From the NCBI GenBank assembly GCA_965203325.1, contig OZ241875.1, positions 1,696,001-1,760,000 on the forward strand: a stretch of DNA of 64,000 nucleotides. Reading direction: 5' to 3'. Positions 47,175-58,225 of the stretch are shown one piece after another. The translations under genes and the position numbers were made by a program. Source of the DNA: a bacterium. GTDB lineage: Bacteria > UBA8248. The first letter of the stretch is position 1. Each line of letters starts with the position of its first letter. The notes below the pieces were generated by a model. That model saw only the letters and a program-made list of their open reading frames with translations, was not told the DNA's origin and did not search any database.

Positions 47175-48497
47175 CTATCTTTCAGGAATCAGGCCGCGGG
47201 GGCTGAAGCGCAGAACCAGCAACAGGATCACTCCCATGATCATCAGGCGCATATGAGCCGCGCTCTCGATCAGATGACGACGCAAAGGACTATCCTGTGA
47301 GAGGCCTGATGTCAGCAGGTCCATGACCCATAAACCGATGGGTTCGGCCTCGACCCAGAAAAACCAGATGACAAAACCGCCCAGAACCGCGCCCCGGTTG
47401 TTCCCCGATCCGCCGACGATGGCCATCACCCAAATGATGAAAGTGAAGCGGAGCGGCTGATAGGAAGCAGGCGTGAACTGCCCGTCCAGGGTGGTGAGCA
47501 TGGCCCCGGCGACGCCGACCACCGCTGAACCCAGGATGAATACCTGCAGATGGCGCCCCGTGACGTCCTTCCCCATGGCGGAGGCCGCGAGTTCGTTGTC
47601 CCTTATGGCGCGCATCATCCGGCCCCACGGGGAATGGAGCGCCCGCTGGGAGAGCCACAACACCACGAGAAGGACGATAGCGAACAGCCCCCCGTAGCAC
47701 AATTTAACGAAAATGGAAGAGAACTCCACGGGCGATACGCCCAGCAACACAGCCCACTCCTGGAACCAGAGAGCTTGTTGAAGATCCACCTCATACGGTA
47801 CCGGGCGGGGCAGTCCGCTTACGTTCTTCACGCCTCGTGCCAGCCAGTCCTCGTTCTTCAGGACGGCGATGATGATCTCCGAAATGCCCAGTGTGGCGAT
47901 TGCCAGATAATCGGCCCTGAGGCCCAATGCGATCTTTCCGATCACCCAGGCGACGGCAGCGGCAAACAGACCGCCCGCGATCCAGGAGAGCAGGATGGGC
48001 AACCCCAAGCCGCCCAGGAACCCGGCTTTGGTCGGATCCACGGCCTCGATGGCCTCCACAGCAGGGAAAAAGAACGCCCGCACGAGAAAATAGCCGCCGA
48101 GGATGGTGCAGGCGAGGATGAGCCTTCGCGGCAAACCGGCTGGAGCGCGTCTGGCGGCGAACACCGCGGTCAGAATCGTCGCCAGGGCGACGCCCAAGGC
48201 GATGATGACACCGGTTCCGCCCGCGTCCCAAGCCGCCGGGACCGGCGCGACGGAGACGAGAACCGCCGTCACCCCACCCAGCGCTGCGAACCCCAAGATG
48301 CCGAAATTCACGAGTCCGGCGTAGCCCCACTGTATATTGACGCCCAGAGACATAACAGCCGATATGAGGCAGAGGTTCAGAATCGCCAGCGCCAGGGGCC
48401 AACTCTGGATCACACCGACCAGAGTCAGGGCCGCGAACATAGCGGCGAACATGCAGATGGTGCGTATGTTCTCTCTCCTGTGGGCCGCAGGGTTCAT
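47175..48497 (-). CDS. livM: Branched-chain amino acid ABC permease (LivM-like)
   Basis: QWGYAGLVNFG, LRADYLAIATLG, SPWGRMMRAIRDNE and VGGSGN motifs. Confidence 0.88.
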   Translation of the reverse strand: MNPAAHRRENIRTICMFAAMFAALTLVGVIQSWPLALAILNLCLISAVMSLGVNIQWGYAGLVNFGILGFAALGGVTAVLVSVAPVPAAWDAGGTGVIIALGVALATILTAVFAARRAPAGLPRRLILACTILGGYFLVRAFFFPAVEAIEAVDPTKAGFLGGLGLPILLSWIAGGLFAAAVAWVIGKIALGLRADYLAIATLGISEIIIAVLKNEDWLARGVKNVSGLPRPVPYEVDLQQALWFQEWAVLLGVSPVEFSSIFVKLCYGGLFAIVLLVVLWLSQRALHSPWGRMMRAIRDNELAASAMGKDVTGRHLQVFILGSAVVGVAGAMLTTLDGQFTPASYQPLRFTFIIWVMAIVGGSGNNRGAVLGGFVIWFFWVEAEPIGLWVMDLLTSGLSQDSPLRRHLIESAAHMRLMIMGVILLLVLRFSPRGLIPER

Positions 48498-49507
48498 GGA
48501 GATCTCCTTCCAAAGATGCCGGTAGGCCTGATCAGCAGCACCAGCACCAGAATTACGAAGGAAACCGCGAATTTGTAATCCGTGGACAACAGTTGCACCA
48601 ACCCTTGCGGCACCCATTCTCCCGGCGTGAGGTAGGCGAGGAATTTCCTGTAGGCGTAAGTGAGAGCGACCTCGGAAAAAGCGATGGTGAAGCCGCCGGC
48701 GATGGCGCCCAACGGGTTGCCCAGACCGCCGACGATGGCAGAGGCGAAGATGGGCAGCAGAAGATTGAAATAGGTGAACGGCTTGAAACTCTTGTCCAAG
48801 CCATACAGGACGCCGGCGATGGTGGCGAGCGCCGCCGCGATGATCCAGGTGGTGCGCACGACCCGTTCCGGGTCGATCCCCGAGAGCAGGGCCAGTTCCT
48901 CGTTGTCCGAGTAAGCGCGCATGGATTTGCCGATGCGCGTGCGGTTCAGAAACCAGAAAAGGGCCGCCACGACAATGACGACCGTCAGGATGGTCAGCCC
49001 CTGCGTGGTCTTGAAGGCGACGCCCTCATCAAGACCGCTCAGGCGCTTGAAGGCCGGCGCCGTGATGATGAAGCGCTCCCCGTCGACGAACCACCTATCG
49101 CCGGGACCGATGATGAAGCGCACCACGCTATTGTAGACGAACATTACTCCGACCGAGACGATCATCAACACCTCGGGCTTCGCTTTCACCCGGCGATAGA
49201 AACGATACACCCAGCGATCGATCAACAGGCAAAGGGCAACCGTGCAGAGGACGCCGAACGGCAGGGCCAGCAGGGCGGTCGGCAGCGGGGCGATTGAAAC
49301 GCCCTGGTATTGCAGCACCCAGGTGAGCAGGATGGTCGCCATGGCCCCGAAGGCCATGGTGTCTCCCTGGGCGAAATCCGAAAAGCGCAAGATGGCGTAT
49401 ATCAAAGTGACGGCGAGTGCGCCCAGCGCCAGTTGGCTGCCATACGCCATGGCGGGAACGATGACGAAATTCGACAACAGAATCAGCGCGTTCAGAATGC
49501 CGTCCAT
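48494..49507 (-). CDS. livH: Branched-chain amino acid ABC permease (LivH-like)
   Basis: FAQGD, TRIGKSMRA and IVGGLG motifs. Confidence 0.88.
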   Translation of the reverse strand: MDGILNALILLSNFVIVPAMAYGSQLALGALAVTLIYAILRFSDFAQGDTMAFGAMATILLTWVLQYQGVSIAPLPTALLALPFGVLCTVALCLLIDRWVYRFYRRVKAKPEVLMIVSVGVMFVYNSVVRFIIGPGDRWFVDGERFIITAPAFKRLSGLDEGVAFKTTQGLTILTVVIVVAALFWFLNRTRIGKSMRAYSDNEELALLSGIDPERVVRTTWIIAAALATIAGVLYGLDKSFKPFTYFNLLLPIFASAIVGGLGNPLGAIAGGFTIAFSEVALTYAYRKFLAYLTPGEWVPQGLVQLLSTDYKFAVSFVILVLVLLIRPTGIFGRRSP

Positions 49508-49511
49508 CGCC

Positions 49512-50220
49512 TCAATCGCCCAGGAACGCCCGGCGGACATCCGTGTTCATCATCAGGGCCGGGCCGGTGTCGGTATAGCGGTTTCGCCCCCCTACGAGGA
49601 CATAACCCCTGTCGGCGATGGCGAGGGCCTGGCGGGCGTTCTGCTCCACCATCACAACGGCGACGCCGTCGCCCGCGATGTAGAGTATCTGCTCGAACAA
49701 CTCGGTCATCACGATGGGCGAGACCCCCGCCGTGGGTTCATCGAGCATCAGCACCTTCGGACGGGTCATGAGCGCGCGGCCCACCGCCACCTGCTGGCGC
49801 TGGCCCCCGGAGAGTTCGCCCGCGAGCTGGCGGCGCTTCTCCTTAAGTACCGGGAAGAGGTCGAAAACTTGCTCCATGGTGTCCGCAATGTCGTCACTGC
49901 GGATGAAGGCCCCCATCTCGAGGTTTTCCTCCACCGTCATGGAAGTGAAGACGTTTCCGGTTTGCGGCACCAGGCTCATGCCCCGGGCGACGCGCTCCTG
50001 GGGTTTCAGGCCGGTGATGTCCTCGCCATCCAGGCGAACCGATCCCTCGCGCATCTCCAACATACCCAAGATTGCTCTCATTGCCGTGGATTTGCCCGAG
50101 CCGTTGGGGCCGACGATGGCCGTGATTTCTCCGGATCGGGCGCCGATGGTGCACTCGTGAATGATGTCCGGCCCGCCGTAGCCGCCGGTCATGTTCTCGC
50201 CGATGAGATAATCTTCCGAG

Positions 50221-50234
<14 letters not shown>
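49512..50234 (-). CDS. livF: ABC ATP-binding protein (LivF-like)
   Basis: GPNGSGKS, LSGGQRQ, LDEP and VEQNA motifs. Confidence 0.9.
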
Positions 50235-51012
<778 letters not shown>

Positions 51013-51085
51013 GAAACCCACAAAGAACGCCTGGCCTCATCACCCGGCCGCTTCGCATGGAGCGAACCCCCGACAAACGATCCCT

Positions 51086-52270
51086 CTAGCGGTAGCGCAC
51101 GGTGGTGATTTTCCCACCCTTCACGAGGATCTCGCGGTAGTTGCCTGCGCTCTCGCCGGGTCCTATCAACTCAACCGCCGAGGCGCCCACGTAATCGACG
51201 TCGCCGCCTTTGGCGAGGATCTTGAGCGCCTTGGCCAGTTCACCGGGATAAATCTTCTCGCCCGGGGCGTTGGCGACCATCATCACCTTGTCCTTGAGCT
51301 TCATGCTATTGCTGGAGCCGGCCGCCTGCATGGCCAGTAGAATCAAGGCCGCGGCGTCATAGGACTCGGGCACGAACGGGGTGCCCCCCTTGAAGCCCGC
51401 CTTCTTTGCCAGTGCGTCGAGTTTCGCCTTTCCCGGGCTGTCCGTGCCCGGGACGGTGCCGTAAGAACCATCGAGCGCTTTGCCGATGGCCTTCGGCAGG
51501 CTCTCGGCGATCATACCGTCGGGCAGCAAGAAGGTTTCGAACGCGCCGGTATCGACCGCCGCCCGGATGACGCCCTTGCCGCCCTGGTCCACGTAACCGG
51601 CGACGATCAGAACGTCGCCGCCCGCGGCCGAAAGGGCGCCGACTTCCGCCGTATAATCCGCCTTGCCGTCTTCGTGCGCCGCGGAAATCGTAATCTTGCC
51701 GCCGGCCTTCTCAAAGTTGGTCTTGATGCTGTCGGCCAGACCCTTGCCGTAATCGTTGTTGGTGTAGGTCAGGGCCGCCGACTTGACGCCTCTTTCCTTC
51801 AAAACGTCGGTGATGACCTGCCCCTGCCGGGCGTCGGAGGGAGCGGTGCGGAAAAAGAGGTTGTTGTCCTTGATGGTGGAAAGAGCCGGAGAAGTCGCCG
51901 AGGGAGAGATCATCACAACCCCGTTGGGCAAGGCCACGTTTTTCAGTACGGCGATGGTAACGCCCGAACAATCGCCGCCGACGATGGCGTTGACCTTATC
52001 GGACGTGACCAGACGCTCGGCCGCCGCCCTGGCGGCAGCGGAATCGATGCAGGTGCTGTCGGCGCGCACCGAAACCACCTTGGCGCCGCCCAACAAAGCG
52101 CCGCTGTCGCTGACTTCCTTGATCGCCAATTCGGCGCCCTTGGCCATCCCCGGCGTCAGGGATTCGATGGGGCCCGTATAGCCGAGCAAGACGCCCAGCT
52201 TGATGGTCTCCGCACTGACCGTCCCACTTGCAAGTAAAACCAACGCCATAGCAATGAACAGTTTTTTCAT
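51086..52270 (-). CDS. ABC substrate-binding protein (LivK/LivJ-like)
   Basis: Signal peptide; ISPSATSP, FFRTAPSD and NNDYGKG motifs. Confidence 0.9.
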   Translation of the reverse strand: MKKLFIAMALVLLASGTVSAETIKLGVLLGYTGPIESLTPGMAKGAELAIKEVSDSGALLGGAKVVSVRADSTCIDSAAARAAAERLVTSDKVNAIVGGDCSGVTIAVLKNVALPNGVVMISPSATSPALSTIKDNNLFFRTAPSDARQGQVITDVLKERGVKSAALTYTNNDYGKGLADSIKTNFEKAGGKITISAAHEDGKADYTAEVGALSAAGGDVLIVAGYVDQGGKGVIRAAVDTGAFETFLLPDGMIAESLPKAIGKALDGSYGTVPGTDSPGKAKLDALAKKAGFKGGTPFVPESYDAAALILLAMQAAGSSNSMKLKDKVMMVANAPGEKIYPGELAKALKILAKGGDVDYVGASAVELIGPGESAGNYREILVKGGKITTVRYR

Positions 52271-52687
52271 CGCTGTATCTCCCATAAGTGATGGTTGAAA
52301 ATAGAATCGAGCGAATCGGATCCTCATCGTAGATGAAACCGATTATACACGAACATAGATGTTGACGATCAATGAAATTCCCTGAAGAAATGCGAATTCA
52401 CGGGCGCACCGCGCGTGGCAGGCGTCCTGGCGCCGCACCCCGAAGACGAAAACTTCGTCTAGCGTGAAGCCATCATACGGATTGCGTTCGTCATTTTGCA
52501 AACACGAGAGCAGCCGGACCGGGGATTGTTATCCCTGTCGCGTGAGGCGCATGGAGACAATCGAGGGGTCCGTTTCAGCGCCTGTTCGTCAGAACGCAGG
52601 GCGACACCCCGGGATGGCTGGGGAACAGGAGCGGAATCCCGCAACGCCTGCATCCGGTTGAGGGGATGATGTCCCCTTGTTTTCAGG

Positions 52688-52764
52688 TGGCACGCCCGGT
52701 AGGACTCGAACCTACAACCTTCGGATCCGAAGTCCGACGCTCTATCCAATTGAGCTACGGGCGC
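52688..52764 (-). tRNA. tRNA-Arg(TCG)
   Basis: TCGGA-CTTCGGA-TCCGA anticodon arm; CCA end. Confidence 0.93.
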
Positions 52765-52822
52765 GTGATATCCGTTGGTCTTGTCCGGAACCCAGGTTCC
52801 GCTCAAGAATATGTAAACGCTT

Positions 52823-52899
52823 TGGGGTGAGTGAGGGGATTTGAACCCCCGACCTCCGGGGCCACAACCCGGCGCTCTAACCACTGAGCTACACCCACC
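52823..52899 (-). tRNA. tRNA-His(GTG)
   Basis: CCGGG-TTGTGGC-CCCGG arm; G-1 and C73; CCA end. Confidence 0.95.
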
Positions 52900-52969
52900 A
52901 TGTCTTCATTCCCCTCATCTGCGCGTGGCCTCGCATCGGAGAGAGGAGCGTCGCGATTTCCCGAAACGA

Positions 52970-53046
<77 letters not shown>

Positions 53047-53427
53047 CCGACTCGGCGACTCTTCCGTGGCGACCCATTCGCAGGCGCCGCTTTCCGCCCG
53101 AAAGGCAAGAGAAAATATCACAAATCGGGATCGTCAACAACGCCTCGATGAGGAAGCCCATCTCGGGCGAGAAGTTTCAAATCGATAAGAACGAGCTTGA
53201 CATCCGGGTGGAAGCGGGGAGAAATCCGAGGCGATGAAACGCACTGATAAATCCGACATGCACACGCAAGGGGCCTTCCGGCCCCGCCCCGCGAGCGCCC
53301 CCCTTCTCCCCAGATTTTTGCATTGAACGTTTCAGTATAAGGAAACCGCCGGAAATGTCCAGCGGCGCAGGAGAATTTGCAATTTTACCAAGCGCGCGCA
53401 CCATAAGCGGTTGGGAAAAACGGAATC

Positions 53428-54318
53428 CTACTCGCCCTCGAAGGGTTTCCTGCGTACCCTGCCCTCGCCCACCAGGGCCGCCTTCATGAGGAGAACCAAG
53501 GTGTTGGTCCTGGGAATGAGGTGGATGAAGCGATCGAGTTTTTGATCGATCACGTCGATTTCGCTCTCAGAAAGCCCCAGCGCCGCCGCCCGCTCCCTGC
53601 TCAGATCGACCGCGAAGGGAAACTCCTGCGCGGCGGCCGCCGCTGCTCCTTGCGCCTGCGTGACGGTGATCAAATATCCCGCCTTCGACATCTCCTCTTT
53701 CAGGAACGGCCAGACGCGACCCAGAAAGGCGGGATGATGCCCCAGAGCGCGCCAGACGCTGCCCAGCCCCCCGGTCGCTTCGCGGATCTCCTGAAACAGA
53801 GAACCCAGAGAATCATCCACGGCGGACGGGTCCACGAGGCTTTCGGCACGCATGGAGGCGGGCGGACCGGTGGGCAGCGCATCGGTATCCGCCTCTGAAC
53901 CGGGCCGGATACCGCCGATCTTCATGCCGTTGAGCGCGCCCTTGAGCGCCGCGACGAGGATGAGGTTCTTGGGATTCGCGTCGTTATATATGTCAAGGAC
54001 GCCATCGACCGCGTCGATATCCTCGGGTGAGTAATCGCAGTCGTCTTCCAGTTCTTCGCCCACGTCGGGCACGTCGGGCGGCATGGGCGGGGCCATGCGC
54101 ATCCTCAGGTTGTCCGCGCAGCGCTCGAAATAGGCGATCGAGGCGTTGGGCCTGAGCGCATCCCAGGCCGCGCAAAAGTAATCCTCATGCACCGCGAGGG
54201 TGCGGTAGATGAGGTTCACCTGCGTGCTGCGGAGCACCTGGCGCATATCTTCATAAACCGACGCAACCCGCCCTGTAGCGCTACTCTCGGTGATTTCATC
54301 GAAAGTCATGGGTTTCAT
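53428..54318 (-). CDS. DehI-family (group I) 2-haloacid dehalogenase-like protein
   Basis: Two repeated halves (ATGRVASVYEDMRQVLR..VNLIYRTLA...AWDALRP and LFQEIRE..VWRALGHHPAFL..VW). Confidence 0.6.
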   Translation of the reverse strand: MKPMTFDEITESSATGRVASVYEDMRQVLRSTQVNLIYRTLAVHEDYFCAAWDALRPNASIAYFERCADNLRMRMAPPMPPDVPDVGEELEDDCDYSPEDIDAVDGVLDIYNDANPKNLILVAALKGALNGMKIGGIRPGSEADTDALPTGPPASMRAESLVDPSAVDDSLGSLFQEIREATGGLGSVWRALGHHPAFLGRVWPFLKEEMSKAGYLITVTQAQGAAAAAAQEFPFAVDLSRERAAALGLSESEIDVIDQKLDRFIHLIPRTNTLVLLMKAALVGEGRVRRKPFEGE

Positions 54319-54470
54319 AATCTTCCTCTTTTAGACCCAAAAGACAAAAAGCGGAACAGCGGCCCGATGAAGCGCTGAAAAAATCATCCAGAGTATAGGG
54401 GCGGCGATGAGATGGAACAAGCCGATATCGCCCCCTGAAGCTCCTCTACTTGCAAAAAAATGAAACCCAC

Positions 54471-54515
54471 TTGACAAAAAAATTGAATACGAATATATTT
54501 GATTTAATCAAATAT
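54471..54515 (+). promoter_or_regulatory. sigma70 promoter with a palindromic operator for the MarR-permease operon
   Basis: TTGACA(54471)-17-TATATT(54494); perfect 10-1-10 palindrome ATATTTGATT-T-AATCAAATAT (54495-54515). Confidence 0.75.
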
Positions 54516-54619
54516 TGAGAAATATCATATTTGACAATCATTAGCAATAATTTGGCGCCCGGCGAAAGGGCTCAGCCAAGAAGATTCGGGAACGAGAACA
54601 ATAGAGGAGTTTCTACAGA

Positions 54620-55105
54620 ATGAACACCACGCCGCAAGCCTGTTGCGAAGGCACAGCACTCGAAACCCACGACCTCGGCGCGCGTCTCCACATGGCGCTC
54701 GACAATCTCTTTCACCAGAAAAAACCCGCCGACAGAGAGGCCGTGTGCTGCCACGACATCACCCACAACCAATGGACGCTCCTCCACATGCTCGCGGACG
54801 CGGAAGCGGAACCCCTCCCCATGGGGGTGATCGCCAGGCGGATGCGCCTCACCCCGAGCGGCGTGACGCGCTGCGCAGACCCGCTCGTCGAGCGCGGCCT
54901 GATTGAGCGCTGCATGAAAGAAGGAGACCGCCGCGTGTGCTGCCTGAGTCTGAGCGAGGCGGGCGAGGTGCTTCATGCCACCATCTCGGAAGGCTGTGCG
55001 CTCGAAGACGGCGCGCTTCTGGAAAGGTTCTCCCCCGAGGAGAAAGAAGAGATCGTCCGCGCGATAGAAAAACTCGCGCGCGCCGCTGAGGAGTTATCTT
55101 CATGA
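54620..55105 (+). CDS. Cys-rich MarR-family regulator
   Basis: wHTH (ITHNQWTLL...SGVTR..DPLVERGLIER...DRR) with three CC pairs. Confidence 0.85.
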   Translation: MNTTPQACCEGTALETHDLGARLHMALDNLFHQKKPADREAVCCHDITHNQWTLLHMLADAEAEPLPMGVIARRMRLTPSGVTRCADPLVERGLIERCMKEGDRRVCCLSLSEAGEVLHATISEGCALEDGALLERFSPEEKEEIVRAIEKLARAAEELSS

Positions 55106-56199
55106 TCACCGAGGTGAAAACAACGCCTGCCGCAGATAGGCCTGCATCGTCCGCCGAGGAGGCCTCCTGCTGCGCGCCCGAGCCGAAAACCAGGTGGACC
55201 TCCCCCTACCTGTGGGGTTTCATATCGATAGGCGCGCTTTTTGCGCTCATCCTCTGGGCGGGAGCGGGACGAGAGATTTCCGCCGAGATCATCACCGCCG
55301 AAATCAAGCGAAACCTCCTGTTCATGCTGAACAGCTTCTGGGGCATCGCGCCCTTTTTTCTCCTGAGCGTGGGGGTCTCCGCGTGGGTCACCGTGGCCGG
55401 GTACGCGGACAAGATAAAAGCGGTGTTCGACAAGCGCCAGGGCATGGCCATCGCCGGTGCATCTGCGGTGGGCGCCGTGGTTCCGTTCTGCTCCTGCGGC
55501 GTCATCCCCCTGATCGCCGCCATGTTCGCAAGCGGCGTACCGCTTGGACCCGTGATGGCCTTCTGGATCAGCTCACCGCTGATGAGTCCCGAAAAATTCG
55601 TGCTGACCGCAGGCGTTCTGGGGACGGACTACGCCGTCGCGCGGCTCGTCAGCGCCATCGTCATTGGAGCGGGCACCGGCTACGCCACCTACCTCATCGG
55701 GCGGGGCGGGAGGCTCGATGGTGAACTGAGGAGCATCGTCGCGCCTGGCGCACAAGAAAACCAGGATGAAACCCGGATGCACAGGCCGTCTTTGAGCGGC
55801 TTCACCGCCCAGGCGAGCAGCGTGGGCCTTTATCTCGCCAAATGGCTGGCGGTGGCGTTTCTCCTGGAAGCGCTGATCGTCCACTACGTCGACCCCGCGT
55901 GGATAGGCGCGATACTCGGCGGCGAAAACCCCTGGTCGATTCCGCTGGCGAGCGCGGTGGGCATCCCGCTCTACACCTCGGGCGTCGCCGCCATCCCCAT
56001 CACCAAGGGGCTCATCGCCGCGGGCATGGGCGGGGGCGCGGCCATGGCTTTTCTCATCGCGGGTCCCGTCACGTGTGTCCCAGCCATGGCCGGCGTGTGG
56101 GTGCTGGTGAAACGAAAAGTTCTTGCCATCTACCTGGCGGGCGGCATCCTGGGCTCGCTGATCGCGGGATACGCATTTCAGCTTCTCGTCCGTTCTTGA
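55102..56199 (+). CDS. DUF318/ArsP-family permease
   Basis: PFCSCGVIP, MAFWISSP, GIPLY and MAFLIAGP motifs. Confidence 0.85.
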   Translation: MITEVKTTPAADRPASSAEEASCCAPEPKTRWTSPYLWGFISIGALFALILWAGAGREISAEIITAEIKRNLLFMLNSFWGIAPFFLLSVGVSAWVTVAGYADKIKAVFDKRQGMAIAGASAVGAVVPFCSCGVIPLIAAMFASGVPLGPVMAFWISSPLMSPEKFVLTAGVLGTDYAVARLVSAIVIGAGTGYATYLIGRGGRLDGELRSIVAPGAQENQDETRMHRPSLSGFTAQASSVGLYLAKWLAVAFLLEALIVHYVDPAWIGAILGGENPWSIPLASAVGIPLYTSGVAAIPITKGLIAAGMGGGAAMAFLIAGPVTCVPAMAGVWVLVKRKVLAIYLAGGILGSLIAGYAFQLLVRS

Positions 56200-56206
56200 G
56201 GCTTCA

Positions 56207-56240
56207 GGCCCCCCCGTCCTCGGGGGGCCTTTGCATTTTC
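56207..56240 (+). terminator. Rho-independent terminator
   Basis: AGGCCCCCC...GGGGGGCCT followed by a T-rich tract. Confidence 0.65.
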
Positions 56241-56348
56241 TCCATAAACAATCCCCCTGCTCCTCTCGACAAGATGCGCTCATAGCCGTAATCTCCCGGA
56301 AAATTTCTCACCATATCCTCTTATGGCTTACTATGGAGATACTTGACC

Positions 56349-57206
56349 ATGCCGATTTCCCTTCACGCCGCCGAGTACTCTGAGCCCAGCAACATGAGCG
56401 TTGGCTACGTCATCACCACGCCCGAGGTGCGCTCGCCCCTGATGCCCGGCGTGCGCGGGAATTTCGGCGAAAACCTGGCCGTGCTCAAGGATTTGGGATA
56501 CGACACGCTCGAAGTCGCCATGCGCGACCCCGAGGACCCCGACGCACAGGGGGTTGAGGCGGAAATCGCCCACTCGGGCTTTTCGGTGACGATGATAGGC
56601 TCGGCCCCCAGCGAGCTTCAGGATGGTGTGATGATGTGTCATCCCGACGCCGATATCCGCGAGGCGGGCGCCGCCCGGCTGCGCTCGCTGATTGATGCGG
56701 GTCAGAAACTGGGCGCCCTCGGCGTGAACATCGGCCGGTTCCGCGGCACGTGCATCCCCGGCGAGATGTGGGAGACTTCGAACGGCTGGATGCGCGACGC
56801 GATGCGCGCGGGTGCGGACTACGCCGCCGCGCGGGGCATGAAGATCTACATCGAGCCCTACAACCGCTACGAGACGAACTTCATCAACACCGTGCGTCAG
56901 GGCATGGAATACGTGAAGGAAGAGAACCACACAGGCCTCGCCTTGATGATCGACAGCTGCTGGATGAACTCCGAGGACGCCTCCATTCCCGGGGCCATCT
57001 TCGCCGCGCGCGACTGGATAGAATACGTGCACGTGGCCGATTCCACGCGCGGCTACCCGGGTTCGGGCCACATCCACTTCGGCGATTTCATCCGCGCACT
57101 CAGAGAGATCGGCTACGAGGGTGCGCTCTCGGTGCAGATCGACCAGAAACCCGCCTTCCGCGTCGCGGCGGAAAGGAGCATCCGGCTGCTGAGATGTTAT
57201 TTGTGA
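56349..57206 (+). CDS. Sugar phosphate isomerase/epimerase (TIM barrel)
   Basis: IEPYNRYETNFINT, HVADSTRGYPGSGH motifs. Confidence 0.85.
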   Translation: MPISLHAAEYSEPSNMSVGYVITTPEVRSPLMPGVRGNFGENLAVLKDLGYDTLEVAMRDPEDPDAQGVEAEIAHSGFSVTMIGSAPSELQDGVMMCHPDADIREAGAARLRSLIDAGQKLGALGVNIGRFRGTCIPGEMWETSNGWMRDAMRAGADYAAARGMKIYIEPYNRYETNFINTVRQGMEYVKEENHTGLALMIDSCWMNSEDASIPGAIFAARDWIEYVHVADSTRGYPGSGHIHFGDFIRALREIGYEGALSVQIDQKPAFRVAAERSIRLLRCYL

Positions 57207-57236
57207 GGGGAGGGATTGGGACTCCGTCAGTCTCAA

Positions 57237-57560
57237 CTACACCGCATCCGGCAATGCGGCCCGAGGCGGTGGGTTCTCCCTCGTGGGCAGAAGACGGATA
57301 TCATCGCCCGATTCTTCCTCGGCGCGGACGAGTTCGAAATGCGCCTGTAAATTGAGCCAGAACTCAGGCTCGACGCCGAACCAATGCCCGAAGCGCAAGG
57401 CCGTATCGCCTGTGACTGATCTCTTGCCGTTGATGATCTGACTCACCCGGTTGGGCGGCACCTCAATTTGGCGCGCGAATTCGGTGGGCGTGACGCCGAG
57501 TTCCGCCAGTTCGTCCTTCAAAATCTCGCCGGGATGAACGGCTCGTTTCAACACCTGCAT
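57237..57560 (-). CDS. higA: HigA-family antitoxin (orphan)
   Basis: HPGEILKDEL...NRVSQIINGKRSVTGDTALR...FWLNLQ signature. Confidence 0.88.
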   Translation of the reverse strand: MQVLKRAVHPGEILKDELAELGVTPTEFARQIEVPPNRVSQIINGKRSVTGDTALRFGHWFGVEPEFWLNLQAHFELVRAEEESGDDIRLLPTRENPPPRAALPDAV

Positions 57561-57569
57561 CTCCTCCTT

Positions 57570-58034
57570 CTACTTCTCGCACTCCCCGCGCGCGAGCTTG
57601 GTGGCGATGTGGCCGGGGAAGGCGGGGAAAATCTCGATGACCCTCTTCTCCTTCACGTCGCGCACGACGACGGTGTGGGAATACCTTCTCGACAGGAAAA
57701 ACCCGGTGAGGCGGAAGCGGCCAAAAGGCTGCCAGGTGAGGACGAAGGGATAGGTGACGGATTTTTCCTTGTTGAAGGGCCGCGAGATGAGGAGTTTTCC
57801 CTCGCCCCCGATGGGGTAGGCCAGCTTCTTGAACTCGCCCTTTTTCCGCTCCACCAGCCACACGGCCAGGTCGCGCTCGCCGCTCGGCAGCGTGATGCGT
57901 ATTTTCTGCTCCACCTTGTAGCCGTTCAGGATGGTGTAGCTCACCTGACAGCGCAGTACGCCCCCCACTTTCGTCTCCGCCGCAGCGGAGACAACAGAAG
58001 CAAGCACTGCGATGACACAGACGATGCGCTTCAT
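57570..58034 (-). CDS. Hypothetical secreted basic protein
   Basis: Signal peptide MKRIVCVIAVLASVVSAAA; no recognised domain. Confidence 0.6.
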   Translation of the reverse strand: MKRIVCVIAVLASVVSAAAETKVGGVLRCQVSYTILNGYKVEQKIRITLPSGERDLAVWLVERKKGEFKKLAYPIGGEGKLLISRPFNKEKSVTYPFVLTWQPFGRFRLTGFFLSRRYSHTVVVRDVKEKRVIEIFPAFPGHIATKLARGECEK

Positions 58035-58225
58035 GCGGAAACCTCGGGAATGGAGGGGTCGCATCCTGCGGCAGCGAACGGAACCTATTATGAACGATTC
58101 GAGTGGATGATTTCCAGCAGGGCGCCAGGAGTAGTGAGGTCGAAACCCGTCTGACAGGGTGTGGAAGCCTCAAACAAAACCGCCCCGGAGCCGGCGCCCC
58201 GGGGCGATTCGTTTATTGAAATGGT

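Noticed and set aside
58060..58170. Possible ribozyme or riboswitch upstream of the secreted protein
   Set aside because: GAAA and CTGA words are present, but I could not assemble a hammerhead core or a known aptamer.
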